DNA from: Octopus bimaculoides
Taxonomy: Eukaryota
Assembly: GCF_001194135.2 (NCBI RefSeq)
Contig: NC_068982.1
Coordinates: forward strand, 20,729,872 to 20,793,871
Direction of reading: 5' to 3'
Length of the DNA stretch: 64,000 bases
In this document: in pieces, positions 54,621 through 64,000 of the stretch
Layout of the letters: each line of letters begins with the position of its first letter
Numbering within the stretch: the first letter of the stretch is position 1
Program-made: the position numbers and the translations under genes
Notes under the pieces: model-generated
What the model saw: the letters and a program-made list of their open reading frames with translations, nothing else
The model's database searches: none
What the model was told of the DNA's origin: nothing

Positions 54621-55511
54621 GAGAAGATACCTGATATTTCCCATTGGTTTGCAATATTATTTATTTAATTAAAACATATTTTACTGCAATGCCTTCACTA
54701 TTTAAATTGTAAAATAAACATGTTCTTGTCTTAACAGCAGTTTGGATGGTTTTGTTCAGTTTTGTCAACGAGAAACAATTTCTGGCTTGCTAGAAGCTAT
54801 TAATACAGACCTAACGAATTAAGGTATTATTTCTTATATATTTTATGCAGATATTTTTTTTCTCTTGATGTTATGGATGAACCAGTAGAATAAAAAAGTA
54901 TATATCAAAAAAGATACAGAATGTGTAATCTAAGATCTTGAAATAATTTGGGAGATATATTCATTGATATTTTTTGAGGAAAATATTTTTTTATTTGTCA
55001 ATATACTTTGAGCGCTATATTTATAAAATCATTCACACGAAGGTCTATAATGACTGTCATTTCTACTGTACTGACAAGATATGTTATATTTTTTCTATTC
55101 CTGTCCATTATGGCCTTCACATTCTGGAAAATAATTCTTCGTAGTTCTGTTGAATAATGTCAATGAGGGATTCGATAGAATAATTTAATCACCATGGCTT
55201 AATAAAAATTTATGGAGATAGGGATGCTAGAAAGACTGATTTGAATGTTTTAATTGCGGCATTGTTTTCGTAAAAGTGCTGATTAAAATGCTGTTTTCAA
55301 TAAAATGTTTATTTCTTCAGAATTATATGAGATAGGGAAAGGTATCATTATTGATTATCCCTGCAATGCACATTTAGGAAAACTTTAAAATTAATAAAAG
55401 TAAAATCAGTATAATTCACCGATTTATATTAACAAATATGCGACAGTCATTGAATATAGAACACTAAAACCACCAGTCACTCGTTCTTTCGTATTTACGC
55501 ATTTACGTTTG

Positions 55512-55655
55512 TGTGTATGTATGTATGTATGTATATATGCATGTATGTATGTATGTATGTATTCATGTATGTATGTATGCATGTATGTGTGTATGTATGT
55601 ATGTGTGTATGTATGTATGTATGTATGTGCGTATGTATGTATGTATGCATTTATG
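55512..55655. repeat. (ATGT)n tetranucleotide microsatellite
   Basis: Direct reading. Confidence 0.92.
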
Positions 55656-55783
55656 TATCTGTCTATCTATTTATATCTCTCTGTATCTATCTATCTATAC
55701 ATACACACACACATCAATATTCTGTCTGTCTATATACATAAACAGGTGCGTAAAGATATTTTTGCAAAGAATGATATTAGAAT

Positions 55784-56003
55784 AATCATTTCTGCTATAG
55801 GCACAAGGCCTGAAATGTCTGGGGAAAGTGTTTAGTCGATTACATTGATTCCAGTGTTTCACGGGTACTTAATTTACCGACGCCGAAAGAATGAAAGACA
55901 AAGCTGACCTCAGAGGAATTTGATTCAGAACGTAGCGGCGGACGAAATACCGCTAAGCTTGTCGTCCAGTGTGTTAACGATTCTGCCAGCTCGCCGCCTT
56001 AAT
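55784..56003 (-). mobile_element. tRNA-derived SINE (family A), full length
   Basis: The reverse complement begins TTAAGGCGGCGAGCTGGCAGAATCGTTAACAC...AGCTTAGCGGTATTTCGTCCG...GTTCTGAATCAAATTCC and ends GGCCTTGTGCCTATAGCAGAAATGATTATT. Confidence 0.88.
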
Positions 56004-59000
56004 GACATTAGAATAATGCAATGTTTTTCCTAAATACAGTATGTTACTTGGATATCTGTAGAAGATTTGTCCATCATATCCAAGTATTTATATAATGATA
56101 AGTTAATTACTTTACATATCCTCTACTAAATAATCCAAATTCCATATTACATACACGATTTATCATAATTAAGATTTATCACATACGTATGTTGTTTATC
56201 ATAATTATGATTTATCATAATGCGACGTTGTATTGGAGTATACGATGTAAAATCTTGAAATACTGTAACCACAAATCTGTTAACAGTTGTATAAAACATT
56301 TCTGTATCATTGACAAAATATGATGACGACTCCGAGAGTTTTTTTTTTTTTTTTATTATTTTTGTAATTGAATCACGCAAACTGATCAGAGAGACCGCTA
56401 ATGCGATGCGTTAGATCCAACGTTGACGGCTTAGTCTTACTATGATGCAACGGAATGCATCAGCAAAAAGTAAAAGTATATAATATAAACACGTGGTACC
56501 CATATGGTGAAAAACATGCGTAGGATAGAGTGTATATGAACCTGTTAACGACATGATCCTTTGCAATCAATGATCTAACCTCAATATCTAGTATCATTCT
56601 AAGCATAATCGCATCCTAAGCATCGCACACATTTACAATAACATATGATCTTATCGATTGCAAAACACTCACTTCATAAAATGCTCAGTTTTAAATGCTC
56701 ACAACCAGTAACTTCTAAAACGTCTATGAAAACCTTTACCCTGGTATGCATGGCACAAAAGTAAAATGCTGATAAACATATATTTCTCCACCATAATGAG
56801 TCTAATTTAGACGAGATGATTGAAGTACTATTCTCAGAGATTCTAGAGGATATAGGAATTACGGTGTGCGTGTGTAGTAGTTGGAATTCATAGACATCAA
56901 AAACAAAGTTATTTTAAATCACAGCCTACATCGTTTTAAGGAGAAGGTAACGAAACCTACATCATGGAGATTACAGCAGAAATTTGATAAACGACTGAGT
57001 ATGTAAGCGTGATAAATTGGAGAAGGTAAATTCCCCTCGTCAATTTGTGTGGATCGCTTTTCCTGTAAATATAACAAAAACAACATTGATAATAACGCTG
57101 TCATTAGGTAATGTCTCCTCCAAACAAGAATTTTGATCAAATAACTAATTATTCGCAAGTTGTACAGAGATGTATTTATCGACCAGTCTGGACGTACTGT
57201 TTCAAGTATGAATGGAACCATAAATTCACATCCTTATACGACTTGAAATGCATGTACCCACGTGGATATGCGCACACAAGCATACACACACGTGCGCTCA
57301 CAAGCATCCACTCACGTGCACACACTGTTCTGTGTGAATTAATAATCTATATCCAAAGTTCTTGAAAATGATATTATGTACGCACGAAAACAGCAAGAGA
57401 TATTGAAACATGTTACTGAGTTGATAACACATGTATGTGCAGAAGTCATATTAATTACTATAGATTTAATTAAACATATTTTCAAAAGCAAAAGTTAATT
57501 ATGTTCTATGCATTCATTTACGGTATATATTTGAAAGTTTCTATATTTGCTAATGTTAATGAATCTATAATAGCATCGTCATTTGAATAGTTAAGACGCA
57601 ACACTTTCCAGGAGAATATCATAAATAGGCAAACTGGAGATTGTAAGCAAAGATTTGAATGACGCACTAAAAAAAAATATTGTTGCTATATATAATCGTG
57701 TGGGCATGTATGTGTAGATGTATGCAGACATACATGTACGTTTATATTTATGAATGTCATTATTCAGTTTTATTTCAAGATTTCTTCGCAATAGACATCA
57801 ACAGGGTATTTTTGTATGTATGTATTTATATGTGTAGATTTATATGTTTCGTTTTATGTATGTATTCTTATGCTTATACTTGCATATCTAGACATACTCA
57901 TTTATATTTAAAATGTATGTATATCATTATTCATTTTATGTCAAGATTCCTTGTCAATAAAGAAAGAACTGGTCTCTAACTTAGATCTAAGGTTGGAAAT
58001 TTTAACATAGATCCAATGTTGGAATTTTAACATCAACAACAGGATATTTTTGTATGTATGTGTGTATGTATATTTGTATATATGCATACATGTATATATT
58101 ATGTATGTGTGTGCATATATGTATGTGTGTATGCATGCATGTATGTGCAGATTTCTATGTTTTATGTATGTATTCTCATGCATATAGTTGCATATGTAGA
58201 CATGCTTATGTATATGTAAATGATAAACTTCTGGAAAGTTTTGCAGATTTTTACAGTTTCAGTGATGCATTCGATCTGTAGACTTCGAATTCGCTTTCTT
58301 CTTTCTTGCTATGTATGTATGTACGTATGACCTATGTACATGTCTTTGTTTGCAGATGAAGCTCGCCGTTTTGCAACGAATTGCCTGAAGCTTCGTGTAA
58401 AGGCTCAATTTCACAGGAAATGTGTTAGGCTTAAAAATTTTCCCGGTTGCATTCTGTAGTAAATTGTAAATACCTGCATTCCAGTTGATACATAAACGCT
58501 AGAATAAATGTGTGTACACATGTGAGTTTGTATATTTGTTCATATGTATACACATACATATACCTGTATAAATGTCAGGATGCATAAATTTACGTATGTG
58601 TATATGTAAATGCAAACTCATACAATATGTAATATATGTATATATGTGTGTATATGCGTACATGTGTGTGTGCGTGCGCGCGCACATATATTCTTTATTT
58701 TAGGAGAGATTTTAGAAGACAACTTAAATATACACAGAATTAATATATTCGCTCATTTATCTTAGAAAAGAAGATACATATTTTACTTTCCGTTTTAATT
58801 TTGCGGAAGCTTAATTTATTTTCTGCATAAGAATAACCATTTCATATACGTCACAATATTCGCCACAAAATTGCAAACCATTTGTAGAGCTAATGCTAAT
58901 ATTTCGCTTATTATTTTTAGTAAGACATAAAGTGTATGTGGAGAAAATATTTTCTACATTAAATTAAGCATAGCAATGGTTATATGTTTTTAATTCTATA

Positions 59001-60825
59001 CATATATTACACACATGAGTAAGGTTATATTTCATCGCTTTCATTTTCTATATTTCTTCTCCTACAACCAATTCTTACAGTTTACTTATATGCTAGAATT
59101 AAGATAATGGTGTGAAATTGAAAAGGTTTCTGCTATAGAGTATTTTACCAGAAAAAAATATCATCTTTTATACAAGATACTTAAAATATGTTTCTGAACA
59201 TATGCGCATGTGTATATCAAATATCTATCGAAAATATAATCAAAATGTTGAAAGCCAAAAGTTTTACCGTTGGCTAGACGTCTGTATATATAAATTTTAG
59301 TAAAATAGATCACTGAAGAATTGAAATCCATGACAAGTGTAATTAACTTTGAAGAGAAAGTTTCATTGCCTATAATTTTGCTTTGAAAATGACCATTTCA
59401 TGAAAGTGCTTGGAATAATTTATTAGACAAAAGACGACAATAGCTACCTAACCACAGGAGTTAATAATAAAACCAGATTTAATAATATTCAATATCAATG
59501 GCTTCCATTTCACATTTCATTTCCCTTTTCTCTCTTCAGGATATCACTTAATAGAATCATATAAAATTAATTGCAGCTTGTAGCGTTCATCATTGTAACA
59601 TGTATTGATTGATTCATGTACTTACTTGTTTTAATTACACGTATCCAGAGAAACAGAACGTCAACAAAAATCTATTTTACTCTGCATTAAAATCAAATAT
59701 TCCTATTCTATATCTCTGAGGAGACACGATTCTTAGTGCCAAATTTATGACTTGAATATATAGAAATTGAGGTTCTTCGGGAATATCAACAGATATTTTA
59801 ACATTCGTGTTGTGCAACATTTCATTACTTCAAAATTGGTGATCTTGTTATTACATATGCTGCGCAATCTTTTCCTCTAACGGTAAATGGTAGTCGATTA
59901 AATTATCACAACATTAGAATATTGGTCAAACTAATAAAGAAAATTTAAGGATCTAGTAAATGTATAAGGAATGCGTCGTTTCTAGCAGGGAAATCTATCA
60001 TGCAATGATTAGAGATTTATCGTATTCCGGAGTCGTTGACGATAAGAAATACGTAAATGAATAGTAGAACATGAATTCAATAATATCAATAACAATATAA
60101 TACATAGGTTTAATGCACGAGTAGCATGAGAAAGTATAATAGATGTACTTCTCTAGAACTGACCTCAAAATAAGGAAGACCATCATAGAAATAAAATGCA
60201 AAGCAGGATTAGTTTGATGTCACAAACAAGGTATCTGAAAAAAAAATTGCTCGCAGCAAGAATTAATCTTCGCTTCCCAGCAAAGCATACATATATACAC
60301 GGCGGGCATATATCCATGTACACATTTACATAGATACCATCACACACTTAGGCAGAGCGAAACCTCAGATTCGTTTACTCCGCAACACATATCTTGACTT
60401 ACATATGGACATGTATGTTGACAAAAAACATACATATACACACGTGTACACACACAGAGACAAACGTATTCAGAGGATTATGGTATTTGATTTGATAACG
60501 GAAATTACTTTAAAAGGAGAATATTATAAATTACAATTGTATTTTATTAAGTTTATATATATGGATGTCTCTGTGTAAATACATAAACATGTATGCGTTG
60601 TTGCATCTAACAGTATCTATATGTAATCAATGAAGGTATATATATATTTAGTAAATCTGTGTATGTATAGGTGAGAAAATCCGTGTGTAAATGTGTTTTT
60701 TGGATATAAGTATGGTTCGTTATTGACCTTATGTAAGTGTATCAGTCGTGTATGAAAGTTGTGCATGTGTGTATATGTGTATATGTAATATGTGGATTTT
60801 CACCCTAGCCTTGTAATATCTAGAG

Positions 60826-60950
60826 GTTCGGCATAATGGACCGATAAAATAAGTATCAGGCTTACAAAGAATAAGTCCTGGGGACAATTTGTTCGACTAA
60901 AGGCGATGCTCCAGCATGGTCGCAGTCAAACGACTGAAACAAGTAAAAAA
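60826..60950 (+). mobile_element. SINE family B 3' fragment
   Basis: GGTTCGGC...ACCGATAAAATAAGTATCAGGCTTACAAAGAATAAGTCCTGGGG...TTCGACTAAAGGCGATGCTCCAGCATGGTCGCAGTCAAACGACTGAAACAAGTAAAA with an A-rich tail; resembles a common octopus SINE tail (recalled, not verified). Confidence 0.7.
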
Positions 60951-61239
60951 AAGGAAAAGAAAAAAACACATACATACATACATATATACGTATGCATATA
61001 GCACAAAGTAATAAACAAACTGAATCTCTCTAAATTTACATATAACAAAGTATAGTTTAGGGTTAACTAATATTTGACGCCATAGAGGATACATGGATCT
61101 TCATACTTTACTTTTGGAAAGATTTTGAAATAAGTGAAACTGGTTAAGTTAAATACTTTTAAAAGACTCATGCATTTTCAGGTTCTTTTCTTTATATATA
61201 TATTGTCAAAATAATTAAACTAACATTAGAAATAACAAC

Positions 61240-61723
61240 AATCAACGAGAGGACGAGCACATGTAATGCATTAGCTGGACGCTGGAAAAAAAAGAGTTCC
61301 CTAGTGATGGACTTGATTGACTTGGATCAATCGTTGTCAATCATGACCTGGATCTCGCCAGGAATTTTAAGAGTGTTTTTTTTGTATCAGAACGATCAGA
61401 GTGAGTTTTCCACACTGCCGTCCCTTCGTGATAACCATTAAACTCATCCAACTCTTTCCGAATCCTCTGCACAGTCTTCAGATTGACACCGAAGACGACA
61501 AGTCTAAAATGATAGTTTTGGAGTTTCCGGCGCCAATACCACGTAGTGCAGCACGTCGTTTTCTAATCTCTGACTGAGTGAATTGCGTCATGGTGCTATT
61601 GTTGTCACAGATGGTGTCTAACCAACCCTCGTATACTACGTAGTCGACAAAATCAAAAACAAAGTGCATATTATATTTGCAGTTCCATTATTTAAGCAGA
61701 ATGGTGTATATGTAACTTTCCTG
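61240..61723 (-). mobile_element. 5' fragment of a maT/DD37D-like Tc1/mariner transposon
   Basis: Terminus TA-CAGGAAAGTTAC; ATG at 61591 (MTQFTQSEIRKRRAALRGIGAG...VNLKTVQRIRKELDEFNG...HSDRSD...IDPS); N-terminal architecture similar to the 5648 element. Confidence 0.75.
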
Positions 61724-64000
61724 TACGTTGTGTGTGAGTTCCACAAGGTACAGAAAACCTAAATATACACCATTCTGCTTAAATAATGGAACTGCAGTTA
61801 CAATATCCTTACGTGTCACATGTCCGTTTTCATTCCTCCGCTTCACTTTGTATTTCCTATCTTCTCTAAAGCAACTATTACATAAGCATTTTCTCGCAGC
61901 GTCTCTGATGATGGGATATATAAAATGTATATATTTTAATGGGAAGGGTCATAAATCTAAACACTTTATGGACGGGAAACCCAGGGTGATCCCATAAATC
62001 GGCCTTCCCCATTAAGATATACACTTATATTAAGATATATGCGATGGACTTATACATAAATACATTCATCTATATCTATACACACAAATCATAAAACAGC
62101 GATATTCCCTTCATAAGATATTTTTTATCTTAAATATATACAAGATTAAAGACAAAAACTTACATACGTATGTATATATGTACACGCACCTACAGCAACA
62201 CAAATATATGAATATTTCTATTGTTATTGGACTCGTACGCTTCTGGACAATATATAACTATGCTATTTGTGTATGGGCTAAAGATATCTCCAAATTTAAT
62301 ACATGTTACTCTCCACTAATTCTCTAATCATCGTTATTAATTGTCTTTTTCTAGAATGAACATAAATAGCACTACTTTCATTGTTGTGCTTTAAAGTGAA
62401 CATCTTCAGAAACCTCTACATTTAAATATTTGATATGTCTGGCGTATGCACTTATTTAAATAATACTTCTATTCGAAAATGGCATCCCATTTAGTTGCAA
62501 CTAAATTGAATCATCATTTTACATTATTTTTTATTCATATATAACCCCCAAGTAACGTTTTTGCTAATGAATTTATACAAGATGATATCATTACTTATAT
62601 TTAGTATGAATACCTTACTTTAAACATAATGTCTGCTGCTTAATTAATTTCAATTTTCAATGTATATAATCCTCATTAACTTTTCTTCAATCAGTTAAGT
62701 GAAAATTAGAATAGAATGAGTACAACGACTTTCAACATGGGTTCTCAGCCACTATTCCATATCTGTTATTGTTGGTTTTAGATAGAAGTCCACTCAGAAA
62801 TTGAGTTTAACATTTCAGCAACTGTCATTGTTTTATCTCTATTGTAGAGACTATATATGTTTATTTGGATGTAGTTTAATTACGATTCTGCGCAAATACA
62901 AGTTAGACACCCTTTTCAATTCGCAGGTATTTTAAACGTATTTTTTGTAGATTTCGCTGACATAAATGTTATTTTAACTCCCCTACCATTTACTTGAAAT
63001 CTATAAACTTCAGCAATACTACAGCTCGTAGGATGAATCAAGGAAATAGTAAATTAGGATTTAATATTCCTCTTACCGTTTGGAAGTAATGAATTTTCTG
63101 TGCATAACTGCATCCATTGCGTTTTTCCCGACGGTGACGGACTAGAAAATTTAAACTTCAGACTGCACGCTTTCAAAGCTATATTTGTTTTGCTTTGCAA
63201 TTTGATGCAAGGATGAAAATAACTAATTTGTGCCAAACGATGCATATCCGTTATTTACAGGAAATGGAAAAAAAAACTGTTTAGTATCTAAATGAGAACA
63301 TATATTTTGACAGAATGCAGGTCTCTAAAACAAAAATAACAACGGTTAAGTATAGTCTAACGTGCAAAGTAACAACCGAGAAATGTAGGAGAGACAAAAT
63401 TAAAATTTAATGAGTGTAAAACTAAATGCATCTATGCAATGCAGGATGAGTTCCATCTTGATAACTGTCAGAGAGATGATCGGTATAACCTCAGCCAAAT
63501 ATACATTCTGAAGTTCCTTCATTTTGTGTTACTAATGTGACAAGACTTATTAATGCGAAAACAGAATAAATTCTGCGAATAAAGACATTTCCGTGAACTG
63601 CGTTCACAGATTTAAAGATTTCAATTATTTGCATTAAATAAATTCTCATCACTGTCTTGCGCATTAAGAACAAATAGTTACGTAACCTCAAAGATAATGT
63701 ATTGAATCCAAGATAATTTTAATCCATTGAGAGTGAGTCTATATTATAATAAAACAATTTTGTTAATGAGAATAATGCCAAGAGAGAAAAAAATACGTTT
63801 CACCAGTTAAGCATGACCGAACTTAAATCTACCAGGCTTGAAGATATTTCATTGCAAATTACTCCTTTACGACACACTGAATAGGGCTTCTAAAATAATA
63901 ACATTTCAAATTTTCCTAGCGGATCTCCCATCCAATAATATATCGGGAGAGGCATATAAATAAAATAGCTTCCATTCATATATATATATATATATATATA

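Noticed and set aside
61905-61925. CTGATGA as a complete hammerhead core
   Set aside because: No closing stem II or GAAA follows; at most a truncated remnant.

Overview
AT-rich metazoan genomic DNA from a gappy draft assembly, with 13 N-gaps, mostly flanked by (TA)n, and dense microsatellites. The SINE types and repeat landscape resemble an Octopus/coleoid cephalopod genome (inference from recalled repeat families). No intact protein-coding gene could be established; nearly all ORFs in the track are microsatellite or N-gap artefacts. The window is intronic/intergenic and full of decayed mobile elements: a full-length Chapaev3-like DNA transposon (TIRs, TAA TSD), a DD37D maT/Bmmar1-like element plus a second 5' fragment, an internally deleted mariner, RTE and R4/Dong LINE fragments, probable Penelope remnants, about 9 SINE copies, a fold-back MITE and a Helitron-like MITE. 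The most interesting signals are several minimal hammerhead-ribozyme (HHR) motifs. Two lie in a head-to-head pair of a composite element with a tRNA-like Pol III head and a Penelope-like HHR tail. There are also several long inverted repeats and a few weak candidate exons.
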